A DNA stretch of 64,000 bases from a virus. The stretch lies in IMG/VR virus record IMGVR_UViG_2915903177_000003, positions 6,315 to 70,314 of that record. One strand, written 5' to 3'. The notes below the pieces were generated by a model. The model was not told the DNA's origin. It saw only the letters and a program-made list of their open reading frames with translations, and searched no databases. This document shows, piece after piece, positions 28,352 to 39,600 of the stretch. Position numbers and translations under genes: made by a program. Every line of letters starts with the position of its first letter. The first letter of the stretch is position 1.

Positions 28352-29449
28352 TTATTTCCACCAATCTACGCCCGTCTTTATATTTGACTGGAAATTCTGA
28401 TATCGCTTTTCTATATTCTCTCTTTCATCCGTCCATTCACAATTGGTTGGACAACATAATTTCCCGGGTGCTTTTCCACTTTCCGCACGCAATTCTACTC
28501 CATTTACAGCAATTGGTATATCCTTTATATCTGTATAATCTCCTTCCAGCCTGAATATTACACAAGGAACAGCATTCTTATGACCTTCTTGAGTATTTAC
28601 CATGGTTGTTTCAGAAACACCGAAAAGTTCATGCACTTCTTTACCTTCAATATAAAGCGGCATTGTGCCACCTGCCGCTTGTAGAGTAATTATAGTCGTA
28701 CCATCGTTCATAATTGCCGCATCAAATACAACATCATTGAAGTCAAAATCGCCATTAGTGTCATTCAGGTCTTCAGCCATAACTCTGTCGGCATTCGTAT
28801 ATTTAGCAGGAACTAACCTAAATATCCAATCATTATAAAGGTTATCTTGGTCACCAAAATACTTGTCCCCGTTGTCATATTTATGTCCATGATAGTAGAA
28901 GCCGAGGTAATAATTATTCCCGATTTTTTGAATGGTGTAATTCTCATTCTTAAACCATTGGTCAGTAGTAGAGTTATGATATCCGAATTCGTTAGTATTT
29001 CCGTTTTTAATGAGTCTCAACCCATCAGTTCCTCCGTTATAATCATTAATTTCTTCACCGATAACAATTTGATTCATTTGAGAAGCATTGTTTGAATGTA
29101 AGATAGGAACAATCCAAAAATCACTCCAATTTAAATTTATTGTAGTTGGATTAGGGTGTGTGTCAAACCAATCGGAAACTATTTTAATCTCATCGTCAGT
29201 CACTTTTGCAGGACGTTCTATATCATTACCAAACTTGTGTTCTTCCTTAATAACTGCTCTGGTTGCTGTTTTTCCAAACCCCCAGTCTTGATTTGGATTG
29301 ATTTCTCCATACTTTTCAATAAAGGCAGCTTCATACCGGGCAAGCTTTAATTCTCCTGCTTTCTCCGGGTCATATAAGTTTTCAGAACCACAAGAATACA
29401 ATGTAATTCCAAGGATACTTAAAAATCCCCATTTTACGATTCCGTTCAT
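28352..29449 (-). CDS. Surface lipoprotein (DUF4842/LruC-like C-terminus), AT-rich cargo gene
   Basis: Signal peptide with lipobox LYS-C. AEDL...DFDFNDVV and LQAAGGT motifs. TAAATTTG element at 29504-29511. Confidence 0.78.
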   Translation of the reverse strand: MNGIVKWGFLSILGITLYSCGSENLYDPEKAGELKLARYEAAFIEKYGEINPNQDWGFGKTATRAVIKEEHKFGNDIERPAKVTDDEIKIVSDWFDTHPNPTTINLNWSDFWIVPILHSNNASQMNQIVIGEEINDYNGGTDGLRLIKNGNTNEFGYHNSTTDQWFKNENYTIQKIGNNYYLGFYYHGHKYDNGDKYFGDQDNLYNDWIFRLVPAKYTNADRVMAEDLNDTNGDFDFNDVVFDAAIMNDGTTIITLQAAGGTMPLYIEGKEVHELFGVSETTMVNTQEGHKNAVPCVIFRLEGDYTDIKDIPIAVNGVELRAESGKAPGKLCCPTNCEWTDERENIEKRYQNFQSNIKTGVDWWK

Positions 29450-30112
29450 AATAACATATATTGGTTAAATCATTATAGTAAGAATTCCTATTATTACGGC
29501 TCGCAAATTTATGTATAAATATCATATCTAATAGATAAAAAATACAACTTATTGGACGGATTTTCTTAATTTATCTAAAATAGTATCCTTCGTTATGCAT
29601 AAACAAAGTCACCTTATCCGGAATTTTGGACAGACTGTTTTTTGCATGAGTTACAATTTAAAATGGTTGTATCTGTTTCTTCTCAATTCCATGTCCAAGG
29701 AGGGGGTTATAAATAGCTTGAGAGTCATGCGGCTGAGTGTTAGCCCCGACGGGATTGATTAAATTGTTAGTGCATAATTAGACCAATATGCAGTTCGATT
29801 ATATACATAGGAAAGTGATTGTCCGCCTGAAAATCGCTCGTCGTATCTTGTAGGAATACCGACGTATTGCGTGCATTAAGTCGGAACGCAAGGGAATCAA
29901 CCGCCTCCATGTTATCCACGTCCGCCCGATTCTCCTTATCCAAACGGATATACTTAATTGTTATTTTTTTGATAGAAATTAATCTTTCATGTACAGAGGC
30001 GGCCAAACAATTGCTTTATTACCGGAACCTTTCAGAAGACGGTATGCATCTTTGACGAAGACAGGTACCGTCAACTATCGGGTATCCCTTATAAAATAAG
30101 GTCCGGAAAGGA

Positions 30113-30304
30113 TTAATCCCAGTCGCTGAAATTGTCGGGGTCCGCCTCGATGCAAGGTAACTCCGGGTAGAGGGTTTCATGTTCCCGGCAATGGCATTCG
30201 CATTCTCCGCCTTCCTCCTGACAGCGACACTCTTCCTTATGGCAATGGCAGCAATGTGCCTCATTGTCCGGAATCATTTCATGATTATCAGTCATCGTTT
30301 CCAT
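30113..30304 (-). CDS. Cys/His-rich acidic microprotein (63 aa)
   Basis: METMTDNH...HCCHCHKEECRCQEEGGECECHCREH..., with a TATTTTTG element at 30326-30333. Confidence 0.55.
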   Translation of the reverse strand: METMTDNHEMIPDNEAHCCHCHKEECRCQEEGGECECHCREHETLYPELPCIEADPDNFSDWD

Positions 30305-30412
30305 TTGCAGATTCATAAATGGTTGCAAAAATAGGTAAAATCTGCCGGATAAACGAAGAAAAGGAGAATAAACACTCGCCGGGGGAAGCGGCTAATCTTA
30401 GAGAAACAAGAT

Positions 30413-31315
30413 ATGTCAGAAAGTTCATATACAACAGACAACAGCCGTTATCTTATCCGTGAAGCCATCCGCAAAATCGCTCTCGGCCGGAGCATGGAGC
30501 GTATCGGGATGGCTCCGGGCGGCATGTCGGGCATCGGCACGGCACGTATGGTCCACGGCTATGTCGCCAAGATCCATGACGACCCTGCGGACGAGGAGTT
30601 TCCGGAGTACGGCGGCACCGTCGACGTGGGCGAATACCCTGACGAGACGGCGTCACCCGAACCGGTCATTCACAAGGGCGTGCTGCTCGCTGCCGCTACA
30701 AACAACGGGGGCGGCTTCCTGCTCGTTCCCACGCTTTTCTCCGACGTGACCATCTTTATGGATGCCGCCACACGCTACGCATATGTGGTGAACTTCTCTC
30801 ACGTGGACATCATCCGGCTGGACGCCCGCAAGGAAACGACGATCGGTGTTACCGAGACCGAGGAACTGGACCCGGATTCCGATTCCTCTCCGGACTACGA
30901 TGAGCTCGAACCCACGGGCAATGCGTCATCGACACACTACACGGCAACCTCCGTAACGACTATTGTCAGGAATGATAAGAACAAGGAGGCGACAATGGTT
31001 GTCGATGCAGAAAGCATTACCCGGACGGTTGATAAATCGGAAGTCAGACAGACAACGGATAAGATCGTGCAGAAGGTAAACTCTACGACCGTCGCCGTTG
31101 CAAACAACAAAGTAACCTTGGGTGACGAACAGGCGACCGAACCGCTCGTATTGGGCAACGAACTGGCGCAGCTCATGCTGGACTTTCTGACCGAGTGCAG
31201 TAAAATCATGACCCCGACGCTGATGGGTACGATGCAACCCCTGAACTTTCCCAACTTCATTTCGCTGACTTCACGCATCCGGAAATTTCTCTCCAAGACC
31301 AGTTACACAAAATGA
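30413..31315 (+). CDS. Baseplate spike/assembly protein (gpV-like)
   Basis: 300 aa. N-terminal OB-like region, Thr/Val-rich beta repeats, EPLVLGNEL. Confidence 0.62.
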   Translation: MSESSYTTDNSRYLIREAIRKIALGRSMERIGMAPGGMSGIGTARMVHGYVAKIHDDPADEEFPEYGGTVDVGEYPDETASPEPVIHKGVLLAAATNNGGGFLLVPTLFSDVTIFMDAATRYAYVVNFSHVDIIRLDARKETTIGVTETEELDPDSDSSPDYDELEPTGNASSTHYTATSVTTIVRNDKNKEATMVVDAESITRTVDKSEVRQTTDKIVQKVNSTTVAVANNKVTLGDEQATEPLVLGNELAQLMLDFLTECSKIMTPTLMGTMQPLNFPNFISLTSRIRKFLSKTSYTK

Positions 31316-32997
31316 GCGTACAACTCCATCCCGATATCGGGCAGTTGGATAAGTCGAGCCTTTGCTATTCGATTTATTCGCAGCTTTACCTCAATTTCTT
31401 CAATGCCCAAGAGCGCAAGAGTGCGGAGAATCCCTACGGTGTCGAGGAGGGCGACGAGACGAGTGTCCGACTGAAGAATACCGCCTACGGTTTTGCCTCG
31501 GCTATTGCCGGAGCCGTAACCGGTGAGGGCGGCAATGGCGAAAGCGCTCTGTTACTAAACTATCTCAAGAAATCCGGCGGTGACATGACCGGCATTCTGC
31601 GTGCGGACTACGGCTTCGAGGCGGGCACCGGCAATACCCGTATCCTGGAAACTTACTCGGAAGGGCAGACCGATGCGGAGGGCATCGTAACCGGCGTGGA
31701 ATATGGCGTGCGCATCACCGGTAATCTGCGCCTCGGCGGCGACGGGCTTTATCTCGGCGGCAGGCAAGTTCTGCGGTATGATGCAGGCACGGCCGCCGCA
31801 GTGCTCGATGCGGCACACCTCGATATCGGGGCCGGGACAGTCCGTTCTTCCGGAGAGTGGTTGTTCGGGAACAAGGAAACCGGTGTTTTCATCTCTTCGG
31901 CACAGTTGCAGGTCGCGGGGCATGACGTCTATCACCGGGGAAACGCGAATCTTCCGACCGTGGACTGGACAATGCACGACGCTTCGGTGCAGGGTGACCT
32001 GACCGTTACCGGAGAGGTGATATTCGGCGGGGCGTTGTCCGCGCTGCACGGTGTACGGTTGGGTGACGGCGGAAAAACGCTGCTGGCCTTTTCCGGCGGG
32101 GATGTGGCGTTGAGCGGCTACCTCTCTTTCGGCGAGGGGTTCGGCATCCGTATCAACGGTATGGACGTGCTTGTGCGTGAGAACGGAAACCGGATACGGC
32201 TCGGCAGCATCGGCGGCGACTTACTGCTGGGCGGTGATGGTACGCCCAAGATCCGGCTTTTTTCCGCTCTTTCGGACATCGACGGCGACTGCCTGCTCGT
32301 CTCCCCTTACGGCCATGCCTGCTTTCCCGGTTCTTTGATTGTCCGGCACGACTACGGCGCCGACCTGCTCTCGACTTATCGAATAGATACGTCGGACGAG
32401 GGCATCGTCATCCACAAGCGGTTGCGCATGGGCAGTGCCGACGGATTCCTGATTACGGGCGATAAGGACAACCTCTCCCTGACTTCAACGGTACGATATG
32501 TCGAAAACGATGTGCAGATACCCGTTCCACATACGACCCGACTCGGACATCGGCCCTCGACCGGTCGTTATGCTCCGCAGAACCGGAAATCCGAATCGTT
32601 CTTTCTTACTACCGATGCGGATTTCGTAACGGTCGGCGTGCCACTGGAGGCTACCGGACACATCGGCATTGACGGCTCCGCAACCCGTTTGACAGACGGC
32701 GTGCTATACTTTACCGGGGAGGCGCATCTGCAAGCCGTTGCCGGTGGCATCAAGCATTACGGTGACAGCTTGTTTCTGGGGTCGCTCTCCTCCGAATTCT
32801 TCTCTTCGGGCTTTGCCGGCAGCGGCTGGGCCATCCGGCAGAACCGTACAACGGGAAGCATTGTCGCCACCTTCGATGAAATCGTGGCACGCCATAAATT
32901 CCGTGCCTACGAATTCGAGGTGAAGAAAATCTCCGCCACCAACGGTTCTCTCTGGGTGAGCGACAGCTGCTCGGGAGACACCGTAGAAAAGTTATGA
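31312..32997 (+). CDS. Tail/fibre-associated structural protein
   Basis: 561 aa, Gly-rich. YLKKSGGDMTG, VYHRGN and FSSGFAGSGW motifs. Confidence 0.65.
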   Translation: MSVQLHPDIGQLDKSSLCYSIYSQLYLNFFNAQERKSAENPYGVEEGDETSVRLKNTAYGFASAIAGAVTGEGGNGESALLLNYLKKSGGDMTGILRADYGFEAGTGNTRILETYSEGQTDAEGIVTGVEYGVRITGNLRLGGDGLYLGGRQVLRYDAGTAAAVLDAAHLDIGAGTVRSSGEWLFGNKETGVFISSAQLQVAGHDVYHRGNANLPTVDWTMHDASVQGDLTVTGEVIFGGALSALHGVRLGDGGKTLLAFSGGDVALSGYLSFGEGFGIRINGMDVLVRENGNRIRLGSIGGDLLLGGDGTPKIRLFSALSDIDGDCLLVSPYGHACFPGSLIVRHDYGADLLSTYRIDTSDEGIVIHKRLRMGSADGFLITGDKDNLSLTSTVRYVENDVQIPVPHTTRLGHRPSTGRYAPQNRKSESFFLTTDADFVTVGVPLEATGHIGIDGSATRLTDGVLYFTGEAHLQAVAGGIKHYGDSLFLGSLSSEFFSSGFAGSGWAIRQNRTTGSIVATFDEIVARHKFRAYEFEVKKISATNGSLWVSDSCSGDTVEKL

Positions 32998-33001
32998 TAC
33001 C

Positions 33002-35272
33002 ATGTCCGTATTCCGCTACCCGAAATATAAGATCCGTATCGACCCCGATTCCGACAAGACACAGGGCTTGCAGACCGGGGATATCGTCCACCGGCAATAT
33101 GCCGGACGCGAACGTTCCGTCTATTCCCTTATGGCTGTACTGGAAACGGGTGTGGAAACGGTCGGTAACAGGGAAGCTCCCTACTTTGTCGGGGCCCTGC
33201 TGGACGGTGACGAACCACAGAACGGCGAGCTGCTGGATTTCGTGCGTATCACCAATCTTTTCGACAGTACTCGCAGCGGGGCATTGTACCTGACGGCCTC
33301 AGACAGCGAGGCTCCCTATATGGACGTCATCGACGGAATGGCTACCGAACGTTCGCTTTGTTATCCCGGAATGGCCGGAGGCATCCCCGACATCCCCGAC
33401 AAATCCAGGTACGCCGTGTCGGGAGACGGTCTTGCCGCCGATTATCGGGCGGCGGACGCCGAGGCCTCCCGCATTGTCCGGCTGACACGGACGGTACCAT
33501 CATCGGACGGCACGCCGTTCGGATTGAAACAGACCCTCGAAGAGAGCGTCGGGCATCCCGAACGGCTGCTCGTGTCGTTCAAGGTCCGGGCCTCGAAAGA
33601 ACTGGCAGACATCCCCATATCATTCGGCTATACGAACGGAAACAAGACCGATGCCGAAGACCGGATTTGCGTATCGACATGGTGGGAATACCGGCTGTGG
33701 GTGCTGACGGTCGAATATCCGAAACAGTACAGCCGCAGTTTTCTTGTCGACCTTACCAGGCAATTAACCTCGGAGGGAGACTGGTGCGAGATTGCCGACC
33801 TGAACATAGTCCGGCTGTCATCGGTGGCCGCATATTCCGATGCCACGAAAGTACGGGTGGGAAAGGTCGCGGGCGTCGTCGATCCGGTGTTCGGCGTGTT
33901 GGACGGATACGGGGCCTATTTCCAGAACCTCTATGCCACGCGTAACGTCAATATCGCCGGTACGCTGACCGCCGGAGACGAGAACGGATTCTCCTCGACC
34001 TTCTACGTGGGCAAGATCCACAAGAACGTCATCCCGAACAGCCTGGGTTGTGCTTTCAACGGTGCGACGGCTGTCGAAATCCCGACGCCTGTCGGAATCG
34101 GGAAGAGCGTCCGGATTATGGCGGACAGCCGCCTTATGTTGCAGAGTGCCGACTGGCGTAAAGCCCGTGTCGGTAGTTACTACTGTTTCTCCGTCTGGAT
34201 AAAATCCGACGAAGCGGGAACCTTCCGGCTCCATCAGGACGAACACCTTATCGGAGAAGTCGACATTACGGTCATCGGCCGGTGGCAACGTTACAAGGCG
34301 GTTTTTCCCGTGCGGGCTTCCGAAGCGTTGCCGATGACGTTGGGCATTACGTCCTCCGTGCCGCTTCTGCTGACGGCCCCGCAATTGGAGGCCGGACGAA
34401 CAGCGACACCTTATCAGGCGACGGACGAGGTGTTGTCCTACACGGAGGATTACGGGGCGTGGTTCTCGAAAGGCGGTATCGGCGGTACCATCCAGCACCC
34501 GCTGCTCCGGTTGGACGAGGACGGATCCGTCAGTTCGCGCGACGGCTCCTTCGTCATCAACCCCGACGGCACGGGACACTTTGCCGGCGGACGTTTCAAA
34601 TGGTCCCGGGACACCATCGAACTGCGCGATGTCACGATCCGCTGGGAAGACCTCGACGAACAGGCACAGGAACAGTTGAAGCCACGGTCCGTCTCGCTTA
34701 CGGGCGGCACGGCATTTCACTTTGCCGATGAATCGGCATCTGTATCAGAACCTGCCTCTATCGACATTATCGCCACGGAGTATAATTTTTCCCCGACGAC
34801 CCGCCGTTGGGAATATCAGGCGGCGGACGGAACATGGAAAGATGCCGGATGCCGTAACGCGCTGTTTCACCTCACCCCCGGTTTTCATGGCTGGGAAGGG
34901 CGCGAAGTGCTGACGCTCCGCTATACGGCGGCATCCGGTGGTGAAGAATACACGGCCGCACACACGGTTTTCAAACTTACCGACGGGGAAAGTGCCTATA
35001 CTGTATATGTAGAATCGAAGAACGGCACGACCTTCCGCAACGGAATCGTCTCGACCGTACTCCGTGCCCGGGTTTACAAAGGCGGCGAGGAGATTACGGG
35101 ACATATTCCCGACAGCGGGTTCCGCTGGTACAGAACCAGTGCAGACAGTGCAGGCGACGAACGGTGGAACGCCACGCCGCACCACGGACAGGAAATCACG
35201 ATCACCGGGGAGGACGTGTGCCGCAAGGCCGTCTTCGATTGCGAGGTGGAAATAACGAACGATAATCAATAA
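33002..35272 (+). CDS. Tail structural protein with carbohydrate-binding-like domains
   Basis: 756 aa. PQLEAGRTATPY and NGTTFRNG...ARVYKGGEEIT motifs. Confidence 0.68.
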   Translation: MSVFRYPKYKIRIDPDSDKTQGLQTGDIVHRQYAGRERSVYSLMAVLETGVETVGNREAPYFVGALLDGDEPQNGELLDFVRITNLFDSTRSGALYLTASDSEAPYMDVIDGMATERSLCYPGMAGGIPDIPDKSRYAVSGDGLAADYRAADAEASRIVRLTRTVPSSDGTPFGLKQTLEESVGHPERLLVSFKVRASKELADIPISFGYTNGNKTDAEDRICVSTWWEYRLWVLTVEYPKQYSRSFLVDLTRQLTSEGDWCEIADLNIVRLSSVAAYSDATKVRVGKVAGVVDPVFGVLDGYGAYFQNLYATRNVNIAGTLTAGDENGFSSTFYVGKIHKNVIPNSLGCAFNGATAVEIPTPVGIGKSVRIMADSRLMLQSADWRKARVGSYYCFSVWIKSDEAGTFRLHQDEHLIGEVDITVIGRWQRYKAVFPVRASEALPMTLGITSSVPLLLTAPQLEAGRTATPYQATDEVLSYTEDYGAWFSKGGIGGTIQHPLLRLDEDGSVSSRDGSFVINPDGTGHFAGGRFKWSRDTIELRDVTIRWEDLDEQAQEQLKPRSVSLTGGTAFHFADESASVSEPASIDIIATEYNFSPTTRRWEYQAADGTWKDAGCRNALFHLTPGFHGWEGREVLTLRYTAASGGEEYTAAHTVFKLTDGESAYTVYVESKNGTTFRNGIVSTVLRARVYKGGEEITGHIPDSGFRWYRTSADSAGDERWNATPHHGQEITITGEDVCRKAVFDCEVEITNDNQ

Positions 35273-35281
35273 AACAGCAGT

Positions 35282-36592
35282 ATGGCAGTAAAAGTCGCCC
35301 GCGGGCAGGTCACCATCATTGACCAGAACGATGCCGTGTCATTGCAGGCATTCATCGGTTCTTCTCAACCGCTCACCCAAGTCTATAACAAGGATACGAA
35401 CGCCTATGCCCCCTCGTGGGCGGCGTCACCGTTTCTTGTCCTCACCCCTTCGCTTTTCGTCAGCGGCAAGACGGCCACCGACCAGATCACCTCGGTGGGT
35501 AACGCCTCGACCCTGACACCCGGGGTGAAGAGCGGGACGGCCAAGTGGTACAAGAACGGAGCAGTCATTACTTCCGGGCAGGACAGCTGCACGATTGGAG
35601 CGGCTTCCGCGAAATATGCCCTGACCGTCAAAGCCAATCACATGACGGTATCCGTTCCGCAGGTACGTTATACCTTCGAGGCCGTATATATCGATGCCAA
35701 CGGGCTGGAGATTCCGTTCCGCTCGGAGATCCAGTTCACGCAGCACCTGAACGCCGGGGCGATGATCGCCGCCGTGGCATACGCCCCGGACGGCGTGGTC
35801 TTCAAGAACGACGAGGTGGCGACACTCAAGGCGCATTGCGACCTGTGGCGGGGTGCGTCCATTGACACGACGAACGTCACTTATGCCTGGGGTATCAAGG
35901 ATTCATCGGTTTTCGCCAACACGACGCTGACTGCGGCCGCATCAGCCGGTGCCACGACCGTTACGGTAGCTTCCGTCACCAATATGGAAGCCGGGGGAAA
36001 GATTACCATCGGTTCGGCACAATATACCATTTCAGCGGTAAACACCTCCACGAAGGTCGTGACGCTGACTTCGGCCCTGAGTGCCGCTGCCGCTTCGGGA
36101 GCCACCGTGTCGTGTCCGTACTACAGCCCGATGCTCGGGGTCGGATGGGCGTGTCTCACGTCATCCAATCCGCGTGGCGTGACAGCCGGCTGGACGACCA
36201 ACGAGATCACCATCACGGCGGACGCGGTGCTCAACTTCGAGACCTTCAAATGCGCCATCAAGGACACGGACACCTCCGCCGGCAACGCCTCGGCGAACAA
36301 GGTCGTCTGCGACATCATCTCCTTTACCGACATGTCCGACCCCATCACGGTCGACTTGGTGAGCCAGAAGGGATTCACCATCAAGAACAACGGTAACGAC
36401 GTAGATGTGAAGGCTGTACTGTACCGGGGCGGCGGGGAACTGGATACGGCGGGAACCGCTTACACCTACACATGGAAGCTCTGGAACTCTGCCGGGACCT
36501 CCGTGGTGAAGACCTACACCGGCAAGTCCATTACCGTAGCCAAGGCGGACGTAACAGGTAAGGGAGTGCTGATGTGCGAGGTGTCGAAATAG
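35282..36592 (+). CDS. Tail structural protein (Ig-like, Thr/Ser/Ala-rich)
   Basis: 436 aa. N-terminus ARGQVTI is shared with the next gene (ARGQATI). Confidence 0.68.
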   Translation: MAVKVARGQVTIIDQNDAVSLQAFIGSSQPLTQVYNKDTNAYAPSWAASPFLVLTPSLFVSGKTATDQITSVGNASTLTPGVKSGTAKWYKNGAVITSGQDSCTIGAASAKYALTVKANHMTVSVPQVRYTFEAVYIDANGLEIPFRSEIQFTQHLNAGAMIAAVAYAPDGVVFKNDEVATLKAHCDLWRGASIDTTNVTYAWGIKDSSVFANTTLTAAASAGATTVTVASVTNMEAGGKITIGSAQYTISAVNTSTKVVTLTSALSAAAASGATVSCPYYSPMLGVGWACLTSSNPRGVTAGWTTNEITITADAVLNFETFKCAIKDTDTSAGNASANKVVCDIISFTDMSDPITVDLVSQKGFTIKNNGNDVDVKAVLYRGGGELDTAGTAYTYTWKLWNSAGTSVVKTYTGKSITVAKADVTGKGVLMCEVSK

Positions 36593-36675
36593 GAAGCTGT
36601 TTCCAACACGAGGATAGTGGCAGACAATAATAACCTGACACTATTTTTTTGCCCTATACTTTCAGAAAAAGGTAT

Positions 36676-39600
36676 ATGGCAAAAATTCCTGTTGCCCGGG
36701 GACAGGCGACCATTTACATACAGAAGGACGGATATACACTTACCCAGTCCCTGAACGAATATGTCTTTCCGGCCGATGCTGCCGGGAAGATTCTCTCGGC
36801 CGTCACCCTTACCTCGACGGTCAGGGTGATGTGCGGCGACGAGAATTTTACGGCCTTTACCATCGGAGCGATATCCAAACCTGCGGGATTCTCATCTATT
36901 TCGGTAAACAATAATACGAAAACCATCACCTATGTTATCGCGGCCGGCGCGACCACGCTCGCCGACCACGGCACGGTGGATATCCCCGTAACAGTTTCCG
37001 GTACCGTCTATCATCTGTCGTTCGTCTGGTCGAAAGCCAGGGCCGGAAGCCCGGGTCCGGCCGGAGTGGACGCCAACCTGCTGGACTGGGTGAGGGAATG
37101 GAACACGGGCAAGACACTGATCAACAACAACACGGTCATTACTCCCAAACTTTTTGCGGGGACGAAGAACAGCGACGGCACCATCTCCGGTGTCGCCATA
37201 GGCTCGTTTGCCATCAGCACGAAGAACGCCTCGGGAACGATTGCCGCCGAGACGGTCAACGGCATTTACGGTTTCAGAAACGGCATCAGGACCTTCTTTG
37301 TCGATAACGGGGGTAACGCCCAACTGGGTTATGGAAACCAGTATATTAAATACAATGCCGTCACGGGAAAGGTGGAATTCGGATCCGGCGTGAGCCTGAA
37401 CTGGACGAACGCCATCGCGCAGGCCAAGACCGAGGCTGTCAACACGGCGGCCGCCACGGCCCAGACGAAGGCCGATGCCGCGAAGAATGCCGCCATTGCT
37501 GCCGCTTCCACGGCCACGGACACCAAAATCCGGGAAGTGGAAATCGGTGGTGACAACCTGCTTCCCAACGGGGATTTCCGCAATTACACGGAAAAGGAGA
37601 ACATCGGCTGGGACAACACGCTTAACGGCACCCATGTCCCCGCATATTGGGGTTCGGGATACAACAGCGGCGTGGCAAGCCCTTCCGTCGGTTACCACGC
37701 TCACGTGAACACCACCGTTTTCGGATTTCCCGTGCTGGAGCTCATCAACCGGAATTCCCAATTCGGGCTGACGCGCCGCTGGTTGGGCATAGCCACTTCC
37801 GTACATGACAAGGCCCGGATGATGCCCGGAAACAAATACACCTTCTCCGCCGACCTGCTGGTGGACACCGTCGGCATGACGATCCACGGCGGCGTATACA
37901 GCACGAAAAAAGGCAAGAGCTCGGCAGCCTTCAACAGCGGTTCATACTCCCTGACCCCGGCGGCCACGAACCGCTGGCAACGGGTCTCGTACACCTTTAC
38001 GCTGGACGCGGAGACGGACCTCTCGAAACCCGTCTCGTTCTATATCTACGGGTACAACGGTGCGGAAGGGACCGCCTGGGTGAAGAACGTCTCGTTGCAG
38101 GCCGGCACGAAAGGCTCGTGGGTGCGCTGCCAGGCGGATGTCGCCGGAGATGTCGCCGAGGCGAAGAAGGCGGGTACGGATGCCCGCGCCGTGGCGGACG
38201 CCATCACCAAAAAGGCCGACAGCGAGGGCTGGTCCACGAAACTGACCTATATAGACCGCAGCGGCATCTTTACCGGCACTCTTTCGGCAGGTACGGTCAA
38301 CGCGGTATGCATCAATGCCTCGCAGATCACCTCGGGAACAATCGCCGCAGCACGCATCGACACGGCGGCATTGAAAGCCGTTCTTGTCACCGCCGGCAAC
38401 ATCGAGGCACTGACATTGAACGTCACCAAAGGAAAAATCGGCGGCTGGACGGTGGATGCAGACTCGCTTTACCGGGGTACGAAGAACAATACGGCAGGCG
38501 CCTGCACGTCTGCCACGGGAAGCGTCACGCTCGGATCGAACGGCATCCGGGGATACAAGTGGCGTTTGGACGCCTCCGGGGCCGGTGCCGTGGCCGGCGG
38601 CAACATCGCGTGGGACGCCGCGGGCAATGTGACCTTCGCCTCGTCGGTCAGTGCCCAGTGGACGGCACCCATCGGTTCCATTACCACGGCCCTGGGCGGC
38701 AGCGGCTATCCCAAGATGACGAAAATCACGGCGGCAGGAATCTATACCGGCAGTATCAACGCCTCGCAGATTACCGCCGGGACCATCTCCGCCGACCGTA
38801 TCGCATCAGGCAGTATCAACGCCTCGAAACTCGACGCTGCCAGTATCAAGTCGTCCATCATCAATACCGGTTATATCAACGGCCTGAGTTGCACGTTCAC
38901 CAGGGGCAGTGTAGGCGGCTGGACCATCGGGGCATCCGCCCTGACCGCCACGCACATCTCGATAGACAGCGGCAACAAGCGCGTTGTGGTATACGGGGCG
39001 GGGTCGGGCGTCGCCAGCGGACAACGGGTACAGATCTACTACAACAGCGACAGTGATTTCGGGCTCTATGCCACGAATTCCGCCGGGAACTGCGTAGCGC
39101 GGTTAGGTTCGAGCAACAGCATTGCCGGTTGGACAATCGACACGGGTTCCATCCGCAAGGGTAACGTGTCGCTCGGCAGCGACGGATCGATTACCAATTC
39201 CACCAGGTGGAAACTGAACAACGACGGGTCGGGACAGATCGCCGCGGGAAACATCTCATGGGACGCCGCGGGAAAAGTCACCTTCGGCGCTTCCGTATCC
39301 CTGCTGTGGAAGAATGATATCGAGGCGGCCAAGGTCACGAACTTCGGCTACCGCTACTACAAGAAAATTGTCATCAACGGGGATGCCGCAACCTATTATC
39401 CCGTCATCTTCAAGGGCGGCGATCAGAACTTCAAGCGCGATATCCTCGTCCGGCGGGGCTACAACGAGCAGGCACCCGACAGCTGGCACAATACGACCCA
39501 CAAGGGCGGGCTGGTCCTGCTCATCAAGACCAACTTCGGCGGTTGGGGAGGCATCGGTTACTCGTGGGACATATACGAACTCTCGGAAATGTACTGCCGC

